Of a DNA stretch of 52,208 bases, positions 28,601 to 36,803 are shown one piece after another. The translations under genes and the position numbers were made by a program. Source of the stretch: an uncultured Treponema sp. (GTDB taxonomy: Bacteria > Bacillota_I > Bacilli_A > Acholeplasmatales > Anaeroplasmataceae). Location: the NCBI GenBank assembly GCA_963633325.1, contig CAVGYR010000001.1, forward strand, positions 1 through 52,208. Reading direction: 5' to 3'. Below the pieces are notes generated by a model. It worked only from the letters and a program-made list of their open reading frames with translations. It had not been told where the DNA came from and searched no databases. How positions within the stretch are numbered: the first letter of the stretch is position 1; each line of letters begins with the position of its first letter.

Positions 28601-31600
28601 TTTATTTTCGATATTTTCTTCTTCTGTTTCTACATCTTCATTTATTTCTGAATCATTTAACGAATCTTCATATGCTTGTGCAGCTTCTGCTTCTGACATA
28701 TTTACAGGAACATCAAGTTCTATTAAATAACCATGAACTGCATCCATATTAAGTTGATTAACCCAAATTCTACCTTTTCTTTCTTTTTTAATTTCTTTAT
28801 GAGGTATAAATTTAGCATCTGAATGACTTCTTACGTAATCTTCTGTTAAGTCTCTATCAGTAATCACATTCATGTTACTTCTTATTTGAGACATTAAACT
28901 AAGAGGATTACCTATTTCGTCTGTAAACATATCGTCGTTCCGAAGAATACTATTTTTAATTAGTTTATTAATAGCTCCTCTTCTAATTTTATTTCCTTCA
29001 ATAACAAATGCGTATTTAATTAAATCCATTGCAGTTAATTTAATCAAAGGATTAGATGATGTAGCTATATCTTCAAATAAAGTATATGCAGTCTCTGTAT
29101 CAATACTATCTTCTTTAAACCTAATAGATTGTGCAGGATATTCTTTATTTCCTACTTTATAATTATCATAAAGATCTACAGCAATAAAATCAAAAATACC
29201 TCTTTCTTCTGTGTTTGCTTGTAACCATGCAACTTTTTGAGCAGGACTAAGATTACTCCAAGCATCAATTTCTGCTTGAGTAGGATGTACAATATCTTTT
29301 ACTTTAAAAGATACAACTTGGGGTCTATTATAACCATAAATTCTAATACGTTCTTGTGTATCAGTTCTATTTATAAATTCAACCCGCCCCGTAAGAGAGC
29401 TTATGGTATAAGCTTTTTGCATAGCTATTGTATTAACAGCGGCATCAGCAATTATATAGTTTTCAAAATCATTATATTCATCTTCTGTAATATCTCTATT
29501 AACACCAAATGCTTTTTGAAGTCCAAGTACTTCATTTATAAAATCTGTACGTTGAGTATCAAATATCATGCTATTTATAAATGTAGATGTAACAGAAGAC
29601 CATTTTAAAAATGAATTAAGAGATCCATATGCTCCTTGTTCTATATTTTTTAAATATCCTATTTTATCTATTCTACCACGGTCATCAATCAGTCCCGGAT
29701 ACATTGCTTTAAGAAATGGTTGACCATTTATTGTAAGCATTTTAGCAGATTTAGTTTGACTATATTTTGCAATTTTTCTAAATACATTATTAGTAGCAAA
29801 TATAGTTTGTTTTGCACCAAATCTATCAGGATTACATACAGTTACTAATTTCTGAATATTTTGACTTACTCTATTTATATCATTATAAGCCATTATAATG
29901 TCATATTGTCTGTCTAAAGAAACATCTTCTCCTAATTTAACTTCATATGCTAATTCGGTTGCATCTAATATAATTTTATTATTCTTAGAAATACTATAAT
30001 TTCTAGAAAACTTTTCGTTAAGAGCTTTTATCAATGATTTAGTAGTATATATTCCACTAGTATCAATACCTGCATCTTCAGCTAAAGTTCTTAATGCTTC
30101 TTGTATAGGTTTAACACTTTCTTCTGTATAAAGAGATTTTCCTTTATTATATTCTCTAACTATTCTAGTAATAGCTGGATGCATTATAAATGCAACAGAA
30201 GTTTTATAATTGCTACCTATATCAACTAAAGTTTTATATACTCCAAAAGTAAAATCATTTACATTAGGAATAGCACCTTCCTTAACAGCATCAAGAATAT
30301 GAGCAGTTGTTTCAGAACTATAAGATGTTAATATATTTCCATCTACTTGTTTATTATCATTAGTCCATCCAATAGTTAAATGACATACAACATTATCATC
30401 GTTTACATTAGATATACCTTCTTCTTCAAAATCAAAACGTTTGTGCAATTCTTCATTTGAATAGTTAGAATATCTAATATATATTCCATTATCAGAATCT
30501 ATTTTTGGTTTAGCAATATTACATACAGAACAGAACGTATCACGAGTAACACTAAATGCTTTAAGTTTTGCACCACTCATAACATCTTCTTGATATTCTG
30601 CTTGATTAAGAAAATCAAAGCAACTTCTATTCTTACGAGCATTTTTGGTTTTACTATCAATAATACTGTCACGAGCTTCAATAATATCTGTAAATTTAGA
30701 TTGACCTGTATTTTCTTCAAATGCCTCATCTGAAGACAAAATTTGAATCATTATGTCAGCAATCTTATTACTTCTTTGCTTAGTTGAATTTATATCAAGT
30801 GGGTCAGATTGTATAAATTCATCATAAGTCATTAATCCTAATTCTTTAGCTTTATTATTAAATCTGTCAATTCTATCTTGCAGAATTTCTTTAGCTTTAA
30901 TATTTCTGTAATTACGTTTATCTGTATATTCATTAGAAATAGCGTCTACTAAATCGCTATGCACATCTATAAAGTTTTTATCTGCATCATCTAATTCTTT
31001 TTTATTTTTACTTAAATAATTAGCAACAAACTCTAACTGTTCTAGATATCCATCTTTCGTTAGTTTTCCAGTTTTAGCATTAACACTATTTGTTTTAAAT
31101 TTAGTGTGTGCTTCTTTAATAATTGCTTTACTTTCATCAGAAAGTTTATCGTATGCAGCACTTTCTTCATCAGATAATTCTTGACGAAGTTCATTAAATT
31201 TATCATCTAATTCTTTTTGTAATGCTTCAAATTTTGATTTAACAGATTTATCTTTAATTTTATTTATTTTGTCAAGATGTTTATTTATATAATTTGCATA
31301 ATCATAAATATCTGGTTTTTCAGAATATTTTATCTTTCTTATTTTTCCTGTATTATCAATATAAGTAGAATGTTGAATTCCATATACTGAATCAATATCG
31401 AAGTCAGAACCAGTTTGAGATACCCAGTTATCAGGTACTACAATAGTACTTCCTAGAGCATCATCAATAAAGCCAACAACTTTCATTAAACAAATAGATT
31501 GTTTACCTTCAGTAGGAATACGATAACCTATAAATTGATCTAACCCTTCATCTTGAAGTTCTTTCAATAATTCATCATCGGATTTATCATATGTTCCATC

Positions 31601-34600
31601 TTCATTTCTTTTAAATCCAAAATTAGATTTCGGAAGCATAACTTCAACATATGGATGAACTTGATTCGTCTTACCTTCTACAGCTGGATGATATTTAAGA
31701 TTTTTAGATATACCAATTTGACCTTTAGTTTGAATATAATATATTTGATTCTTTTTAGGAAGTTTATTAAATTCATCTTTTGTCAAATTGTCTTTTAAAT
31801 TTCTTCCTTTACCTGCATCAGTAAGTTTATATACAATATTGTTGTTAGATGCAGAAAAACCTACATTAGTAATCTGAGCAGCATGAAAACCAGGAAGAGT
31901 TTGGCGAGTAACAGCACTATTAAATAATGCTTGACAAACACTTTGTGCTTTAGTCATAACATTACTCATATAAGTATCCATTACAGTATTTGGTCGTCCG
32001 TCAAGTTTTAATGGTGTTGTAGAATCAAGAGTAAAATACTCCATCATATTACTATCTAAACCTTGACGCATACATTCTTTACGAAGTCTATTCATAAAGA
32101 AATTCATATCTATTCCTTGAATGTTACCATCAGCATCAAGTTGAATAGATCCATCTTCGTTTAATGGAATACTAAGTTCTTCAGCTACAACTTTAAATGA
32201 TTCTTGTATATTTTTACTATAAAGTGATTGGAATAAATCTTTAGTTTTTTCATCTTTAATATTATCGAGAATTTTTTTCATAATTTGAATACCTGCTTTA
32301 TTAGCAGCATTCATATGCTGAGGAGTTTCTTGTTGAGTATAAAGAAATTCATAGTAATAAGTTTCATTAAAACTTCCAGCATTTTGATTAAAATCATCTA
32401 AATGTTCTTGAGTAACTTCTCCTGTAGTTTCGTCAAACAATTCAAGTATTCTTGCTTTACCTGCTTTAGATGTTTCTACAGTGTTAAGCTGATCAATGTT
32501 ATTAGCTTTCATTGCATTATATACATCTTCAAGTTGTGTACCCTTTATAAATCTTGGAACAAGAACAAATTCAGCGTTTTTAATTTGTCTAGGTACATGA
32601 GTATTAGTTTCAGCATCGTAATGAATATCATAATAGAAGTTCTTTTGAACTTGTACAAACTTTTTAAGTAGACCTATAGGAATAGGTTTATTTGTTTGTA
32701 TAGCTTCAATAAGAGGCATATACTCATCAAGCTGACCACGTGAAGCAATTCGTCTAATCCATTCTTCAAATGTAATATAAGACTGAGCATCATTGACAGT
32801 AGTATTTTCAAAACCAGACATATGATTATTTGCAGCTTCAATTGCCTCATCTTTAGTCATACCTTCTTTTTGATATATTTTAGAAAGATGTTGGGCGATA
32901 GGACCATTTTTAGCTACTTCAGCTGTAGTTTTAACTGTGTTTTTAACAGTAACACCAATAAATCCTGTACGTTGTTGTACATTTAAACCTAATTTTGTAA
33001 GTTTATCTTGAACAGCATCGCTATTTAATTTAGATTCATTTGGATTTAAATTAACAGGACGAGCTGTAAGGTCTTGATAAAGATTAAATGTGCCATAACT
33101 CATACCTCCAGCTTGACCTTCTTTTGCTCGTTTAAGAAAATCTTGAGATGATTTATAAAATTTAGCATCACCTTCAAATAAATCATTAAAATTAATATAA
33201 GCAAGTCTGTAATTGAGAACAAATTCTACTACATTATTATCATTTATTATATTGGCTACATCAAGATTTTTAAATTTATCCATTTTACGGATATTGTCAT
33301 TCATATAGTCAACAATAAATTTACTAATTTCTTCGTCAATTTTATCTCTTTGCTCATCGGTATAATCTATAACAATATTTCCATTTACGTCTTTTCTATA
33401 TCTTAAATCATTATCGATATTTTCTCCATATAAACCATTAAATACAGTATCTAATATTCTTTGACCGTAATTTATAGAATTTCCATTATCATCAATTATA
33501 GTAAATTTATCACTAGTAAATAAATTACCAGTAAATTTCCATTTTCCATTTACTTTTTCGATATGAGACTTACTACCATTTCCAATATGATACAATCTAT
33601 ATAATGTTCTATTCATTGTTTCCTCATCAAATCCAGGTTTAAGTATAGGTTTACCTTTATCTTTACCTTCGAGTTGACGAGTCATATGCGTTCTAAGAGT
33701 TGGGTCACTTTCATCCTCAGCAGTTTCATAATATCTATCGATAAATGAAGCCATATTTGTAAGTTCTTGTTCAAATACATTTCTAAATTGCTGATAAATC
33801 GGATGACTTTTGTTTATAGACCTATTTACAACTACTCCTCCAATATGTCCTTCTCTGTATGTGGTTTTAGATACATCATCTCTAACAATAGGAGTTACAA
33901 AATCAATATCTTTTTCTGATTCAATAAGAGTAGCTTTACCATTTGTTATTGTTATTTTATCTCCATTTACAGCAGAAAGATCTCCTTTAATTACATATTT
34001 ACTTGTACGTCCTTCTTCGTCTGTAATTTCATATCCAAAATATGCTACTTTATTGACTCTATCTGTTTTGAATACTTGGTTATTCCATACAGTTCTTTTT
34101 ATACCATAAGTACTAAAATCATTTAATATTTGTGTTTTAGTATTTTTATCATTTAAATCTATACGTATAAATTTAGGTGTACTTACTCCTATTTCTTTTT
34201 TGAAATCATCATAACTAATTTTATTTATTTTTTGATTTGTATATGCATCTATGGCTAAATCTACATCGCTTTTATTAGAAATAGAAAACAAACCTTTAAT
34301 TGTATATTTTGGTGCACGAACAATAAATGTTTTAGGTGCATCAGATGGTGTACGCATAAAATAATTAGCAAGTGGAATATTTTCCCAACGTCCTAATTTA
34401 GTATGTTTACGGTCACTATCTATATTCTCATCAGAATTAAAGAAATTGCTAAATGCAGTATATACATAATCACCTAAAGCCATTTCTGAATAAAGAAGAT
34501 TATCTGATGTATTAGGGTCACTTAAACCATTAAATAAAGCAATATTTAAAAGTTGGTCTGCATATTCTGTAGGTTTGTATGTACCATCATCATCTTTATA

Positions 34601-36718
34601 AAATAATCCATAATTTATAGTATTTCCTTTTTCATCAGTTTTTTCAACTAATATATTACTTAAACTATATTGATTTCCCTTAAATTTAAATTTACCAAAA
34701 TTAACAAGAGATTCTTTATTGCCATCATCATCTATTCTAGAACCATTTAATATATTAGTCAAGTAAGTAAGCATAGAAGAATTAATCAAATCTGATTGTA
34801 GATTGCCAGCAGCATTACGACTATTAAGTTCAAGTTTAACTATAGAATATTTATAAAGAATATTTGCTAAAGCAGATGTAGCCGAAACCATTGATGTATC
34901 TCTTACATCAATTGCATATGTTTCTGTAATAGCATTATTTATAATATTCAATTTATCTTCTAGTTCTTTTATTTTCTTTTTATTTTCTTGTTCTGGAATT
35001 TGATATATTTCTCTTAATGCTGTTTCAACTTCTTTTTTAGCTTTTTTTAATTCTGAAAGTTTATTATTTTTAGCTTCATATTTTTCTCTACATTTTTTAG
35101 ATGCATTAGCAATAGTTATTAAAGTATTATTAAAACCGCTCATATTAGATATTATAGTTCTACCATTATCAATACCATTACATCTAATAGCAGCTTCTAT
35201 AGAATTTTTATCAATACTAGGATAATATAATGCAAATCTAGAAGCTAAATCATTACAAATTTCATTATATAATTTAGCAGATTTTAAATTGTCATTTTTA
35301 TCAATCGCATCCCTATATTCTTTTATTTTTCCACTGATGGTCTCTACTGTTTTAATAGTATCATCTGATTCAATTTGAACAGAAGTGTATTTTGCATCAT
35401 TCAAGAAACTTAAAGATAAAACTTGTTCTGCATTATTATTTTTATTACTTTTTGTCATATATACAGAATCGTTATCTTTACGTGTTTCATATTTAGTTAT
35501 TACATTTTTAAATTCACGTTTAATTTGTTGTGCAAAATCAGGATTGTCTTTAATATCATTATAGACTTTAATTAAACCTTCCATTCCAGGAATATTTGCA
35601 GCATTTTTGATAGATTCAATAAAGTCAGTTAATGTTTCTCTATTTGCAGCAGAAGTAATAACAGCAATTACATTTTTTAAATCAATATAATCAACAAATC
35701 CTAAAGGATTAGACCTATCATACTGATATTTATAACTAATTTTATTGTTCTCTGTATTAATATCATAATTCACAGAAGTAAGTTTTGGAACAAGAGCAAG
35801 ATAAGTTCTTATTTTAGAACTAAATCCTTTCATAAAATTATTAGTAAGAGCAGTAGAATCTTCCCAATGATTTTGCTCATAATCTCCTCTTGTTAAACCT
35901 TCTTCATCTTCAGCATTATTTTTTGTTGAATCTTCAGTATCATCTATAGAAGATTTGATATCTTCCATTTCTTCATCTATAGATTCATCTTTATATGCAA
36001 TTTCACCAATAAGAGGATTACTAAGTTGAACTTCTGTAAAGAATTTAACTTTATCAGCAAGAATTTCTTTAAGAACAGCAAATCTATTACGATCCTGATA
36101 ATCAGCCTTTTTAAGAGATTTTTCAATGGCTTCTATATATGATTCTTTATTTTCATCTCCAACAAGAATAGATTTAAACATTTTATTCTTTTCTGCTTTA
36201 TCCTCTTTTAGTTTTGCATTTTTAAAATAATCAGTTAATACTTGAACAGTAAGCCATTTAGTAGTTCTATTAGCAAGGTCATTAAGAATACGTTCTTTAT
36301 TTATATCTATACCTTTCTGTACATCATTAATATAAAAAGTACGCATACGATTACCGATATTTTTCATAGCAAATACCTTGTCATGAGTATTACGATAACC
36401 AAATTTTTTTACAGATTCTTCAAAATAAGTATTATTACTTTGAGCACTGACATTAAAATGTTTACTCAAATAATAATTTGTTATTGTACGAGCTAAATTA
36501 CCTCTTTCGCTATCATCAAATTTAGGCATGTTTTCCTCACCAAATAAACTTTGATAATAGTCAACAAATCCTTTAGTAAATTGAAGACGTTCTTCACCAT
36601 TACTATCAGTAACAGTATTAACTACTAAACTTTGAAGTGCATTAAAATAACTAGCATCTGAACCAGTTATGTACTTAAGGCTAGTGCCAGCCTTTGTTGC
36701 TTTAAAATTACAGCTCAT
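22676..36718 (-). CDS. giant virion protein carrying the crAss-type two-barrel (DPBB) RNA polymerase signature
   Basis: An uninterrupted 14,043-nt ORF in AT-rich DNA. TGSDFDIDS contains a DFDID metal-binding-type motif at nt 31391-31405 (residues 1772-1776). This is the signature reported for virion RNA polymerases of crAss-like phages. The position next to other giant virion ORFs fits that synteny. Confidence 0.7.
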   Translation of the reverse strand: MSCNFKATKAGTSLKYITGSDASYFNALQSLVVNTVTDSNGEERLQFTKGFVDYYQSLFGEENMPKFDDSERGNLARTITNYYLSKHFNVSAQSNNTYFEESVKKFGYRNTHDKVFAMKNIGNRMRTFYINDVQKGIDINKERILNDLANRTTKWLTVQVLTDYFKNAKLKEDKAEKNKMFKSILVGDENKESYIEAIEKSLKKADYQDRNRFAVLKEILADKVKFFTEVQLSNPLIGEIAYKDESIDEEMEDIKSSIDDTEDSTKNNAEDEEGLTRGDYEQNHWEDSTALTNNFMKGFSSKIRTYLALVPKLTSVNYDINTENNKISYKYQYDRSNPLGFVDYIDLKNVIAVITSAANRETLTDFIESIKNAANIPGMEGLIKVYNDIKDNPDFAQQIKREFKNVITKYETRKDNDSVYMTKSNKNNNAEQVLSLSFLNDAKYTSVQIESDDTIKTVETISGKIKEYRDAIDKNDNLKSAKLYNEICNDLASRFALYYPSIDKNSIEAAIRCNGIDNGRTIISNMSGFNNTLITIANASKKCREKYEAKNNKLSELKKAKKEVETALREIYQIPEQENKKKIKELEDKLNIINNAITETYAIDVRDTSMVSATSALANILYKYSIVKLELNSRNAAGNLQSDLINSSMLTYLTNILNGSRIDDDGNKESLVNFGKFKFKGNQYSLSNILVEKTDEKGNTINYGLFYKDDDGTYKPTEYADQLLNIALFNGLSDPNTSDNLLYSEMALGDYVYTAFSNFFNSDENIDSDRKHTKLGRWENIPLANYFMRTPSDAPKTFIVRAPKYTIKGLFSISNKSDVDLAIDAYTNQKINKISYDDFKKEIGVSTPKFIRIDLNDKNTKTQILNDFSTYGIKRTVWNNQVFKTDRVNKVAYFGYEITDEEGRTSKYVIKGDLSAVNGDKITITNGKATLIESEKDIDFVTPIVRDDVSKTTYREGHIGGVVVNRSINKSHPIYQQFRNVFEQELTNMASFIDRYYETAEDESDPTLRTHMTRQLEGKDKGKPILKPGFDEETMNRTLYRLYHIGNGSKSHIEKVNGKWKFTGNLFTSDKFTIIDDNGNSINYGQRILDTVFNGLYGENIDNDLRYRKDVNGNIVIDYTDEQRDKIDEEISKFIVDYMNDNIRKMDKFKNLDVANIINDNNVVEFVLNYRLAYINFNDLFEGDAKFYKSSQDFLKRAKEGQAGGMSYGTFNLYQDLTARPVNLNPNESKLNSDAVQDKLTKLGLNVQQRTGFIGVTVKNTVKTTAEVAKNGPIAQHLSKIYQKEGMTKDEAIEAANNHMSGFENTTVNDAQSYITFEEWIRRIASRGQLDEYMPLIEAIQTNKPIPIGLLKKFVQVQKNFYYDIHYDAETNTHVPRQIKNAEFVLVPRFIKGTQLEDVYNAMKANNIDQLNTVETSKAGKARILELFDETTGEVTQEHLDDFNQNAGSFNETYYYEFLYTQQETPQHMNAANKAGIQIMKKILDNIKDEKTKDLFQSLYSKNIQESFKVVAEELSIPLNEDGSIQLDADGNIQGIDMNFFMNRLRKECMRQGLDSNMMEYFTLDSTTPLKLDGRPNTVMDTYMSNVMTKAQSVCQALFNSAVTRQTLPGFHAAQITNVGFSASNNNIVYKLTDAGKGRNLKDNLTKDEFNKLPKKNQIYYIQTKGQIGISKNLKYHPAVEGKTNQVHPYVEVMLPKSNFGFKRNEDGTYDKSDDELLKELQDEGLDQFIGYRIPTEGKQSICLMKVVGFIDDALGSTIVVPDNWVSQTGSDFDIDSVYGIQHSTYIDNTGKIRKIKYSEKPDIYDYANYINKHLDKINKIKDKSVKSKFEALQKELDDKFNELRQELSDEESAAYDKLSDESKAIIKEAHTKFKTNSVNAKTGKLTKDGYLEQLEFVANYLSKNKKELDDADKNFIDVHSDLVDAISNEYTDKRNYRNIKAKEILQDRIDRFNNKAKELGLMTYDEFIQSDPLDINSTKQRSNKIADIMIQILSSDEAFEENTGQSKFTDIIEARDSIIDSKTKNARKNRSCFDFLNQAEYQEDVMSGAKLKAFSVTRDTFCSVCNIAKPKIDSDNGIYIRYSNYSNEELHKRFDFEEEGISNVNDDNVVCHLTIGWTNDNKQVDGNILTSYSSETTAHILDAVKEGAIPNVNDFTFGVYKTLVDIGSNYKTSVAFIMHPAITRIVREYNKGKSLYTEESVKPIQEALRTLAEDAGIDTSGIYTTKSLIKALNEKFSRNYSISKNNKIILDATELAYEVKLGEDVSLDRQYDIIMAYNDINRVSQNIQKLVTVCNPDRFGAKQTIFATNNVFRKIAKYSQTKSAKMLTINGQPFLKAMYPGLIDDRGRIDKIGYLKNIEQGAYGSLNSFLKWSSVTSTFINSMIFDTQRTDFINEVLGLQKAFGVNRDITEDEYNDFENYIIADAAVNTIAMQKAYTISSLTGRVEFINRTDTQERIRIYGYNRPQVVSFKVKDIVHPTQAEIDAWSNLSPAQKVAWLQANTEERGIFDFIAVDLYDNYKVGNKEYPAQSIRFKEDSIDTETAYTLFEDIATSSNPLIKLTAMDLIKYAFVIEGNKIRRGAINKLIKNSILRNDDMFTDEIGNPLSLMSQIRSNMNVITDRDLTEDYVRSHSDAKFIPHKEIKKERKGRIWVNQLNMDAVHGYLIELDVPVNMSEAEAAQAYEDSLNDSEINEDVETEEENIENKEENKEDAAKQEEEKNLLAKQKNDTKLAKKYGLFDINTEHDTPYVVFNFKIGKKSYSALFKTERRGNKLFAYPLNKLDSNEHSLFSINPTNDELKFPSPVYYKAIIDDKFNITPTITDEDNDNMKQYYRSDVHIAKAKKVNQFNIQEDAKKGIYGANKVIEKITNAIMQGNNHNIQFNNIYLADKLGYHLSAPQTITTVVKTTDINGNEVTQEITKQYRFHKLHTEFNGKRTGWTSTSIEAIPYEPKDTSSKNKNTNSNSKAEVLNSSTTEYEFDTYKDISRRSKEGDVLAYREINHLKELGFTELKEDFSKYQNDTYDSIARYTKAKVNQLIDTANQFIKGEDGHWISIFDPKAIDIIKLDPVQQRRFNKLLLDVKAIQQKYSAIYDVIEDSDTPVEVKDYIKSIKDSLKNLNDNINVSELNAKFAREVVAKWSDDPKIQNGLVDVLNGYHATSWADAWIGDLQDSGNSMVQIITKHIMSDIRGKEMMAKKNADDFVKHIQSIAKKGTVDWNKLVDKYGKLIRPYNDKFENDLKELKTNVEIARKNIDSDPLGYLEAKHKYDLFKLNYINRPIVDEYYKKLYELDDEMMNHASYKYILAEYIKLREKLNDINKRRDNGKLDDELAKEYKEISKKINSLKSDYDFDTFELKQTYSPENPMPGIKYYPDGSEKIEDKEKFISAILNSRHCANALRSYINKLNEINAEYIDIKAKDEFEETLDRMLDIINDAEQRDDSGYKTVSDTVLNNDEKYQRAKAWLASNAIWKVDKKVSDAISWAYNILANGKPKQNSRIVTRKSLLIQKKLADGVKVYDEEGRIIGDIFTEEEQKSIQEDEQGRYKNTMYAAGNEQYLISNAPENRKVYPRIVYNMLTTNNAIPNTEYLKLVEEINNILRPYYDTIQKKVNMVTESDRISEDDLRKLAKLYDKLRETKKTIVPEGMPGKGKSVASFIKNFMIHDDRAYNKEKFDADYALAKNIGGEYLRLWEEVNMEYEPLLDSEGFVVKDSDGNMLYDLTKRHPNRFLYGNLVLDEDKFFGLIKSKTKRKELEQEMRDKNRALRIINEYLEQTRTPYYVKAMKEARSKGEDYFKEWYERNHIWNPYKHSYEPTGIWQKTSVVPDYANGKWKPNYAQQVKTPKKEYENSAYKGTGSSNLSNYKTDAVDDTYTNKTELNDAEKETLEYVKTTLNKLVHDQRSKRYIDEGYLPNAQALAQQDLKWFVKQVGEFFGWSDYGNKIGNKDLLDHMNYTTDFTPAMPMLIKQLKTKASIDVEEIKRNTPRKEDYSTDEEFNKAFEEHKKRLEEAEKINEQIHVENLNRNFVENIATFISLAGHFNAVQDNKYLFYYLQDMVGTQEVLESNLGYKGLRKDTSKSTKDVTAYHKEIDERLYKQLSNWGSRLLFDSYKMPNAKITKGMNIVQSLTSAKFMMLNIIGGIENITVGRSAIFGEHIAKQFVGNANWEKGKSMWYKNSLSFIRGLYSETSTTLADAIIKAMNVVDFDEVTGRPKGNFDSHNAIERLRDFMYSPNAMGEHMMQNGMMFAMLYDCKLIEVEDYKSKGRLPYRIMNLFQYTEQLHEQAMKELLAGTPLAIKFEKFIESIKSDENKLKDYARNRKDIATEFANIYLNNSKKKEFYAKRKELETKAKEKFDTLPSIMEQLDLVDGKLGFKNGSKMQELSTTSTFGELNDAYALLGEFKGRVIATNKEIHGVYDRLGAAQLEKYWFGSLITQYHKHIYPGILKHWRKKGYFNEELGANEIGCGPALYDFITMPIRQYNDRKKMLTDEELNALEGTQSLFKAYINFAENLRLNWNTLPGYQRAAILRATGDIFGALAAICIAIGTRIIWDDDELKENMFANLMLREADGLATQSMMFNPLFLPSQAKTLWSSPIAGLNGPKDIYDALNVISQSIMDDDFDWNYSTGRYKGENKFAVRIKRQIPIYRQWSNMTGLSKSNSYYNMGEHILSVIPVKSIAEDLR
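24764..24775 (-). repeat. GC-rich dispersed motif copy 8 (CTCTTTACGGGG on + strand, 1-nt deletion)
   Basis: Read directly. Inside the giant ORF, sense translation TPRKE. Confidence 0.55.
29387..29399 (+). repeat. GC-rich dispersed motif copy 9 (CCCCGTAAGAGAG, 2 mismatches; preceded by CCG as in copies 3, 4 and 7)
   Basis: Read directly. Inside the giant ORF, sense translation SLTGR. Confidence 0.55.
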
Positions 36719-36748
36719 AATTAAATATATTATTAAAAATAAAATTTA

Positions 36749-36778
36749 GCTTAGAGAGATGAAATTTTCTCTCTAAGC
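36749..36778 (-). terminator. hairpin (terminator or attenuator) between the two giant ORFs
   Basis: Perfect 11-bp stem GCTTAGAGAGA/TCTCTCTAAGC with an 8-nt loop. On the - strand it is followed directly by TAAATTTTATTTTT. Confidence 0.5.
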
Positions 36779-36803
36779 CATTTAAAAATCATTTATGAAT
36801 AAT

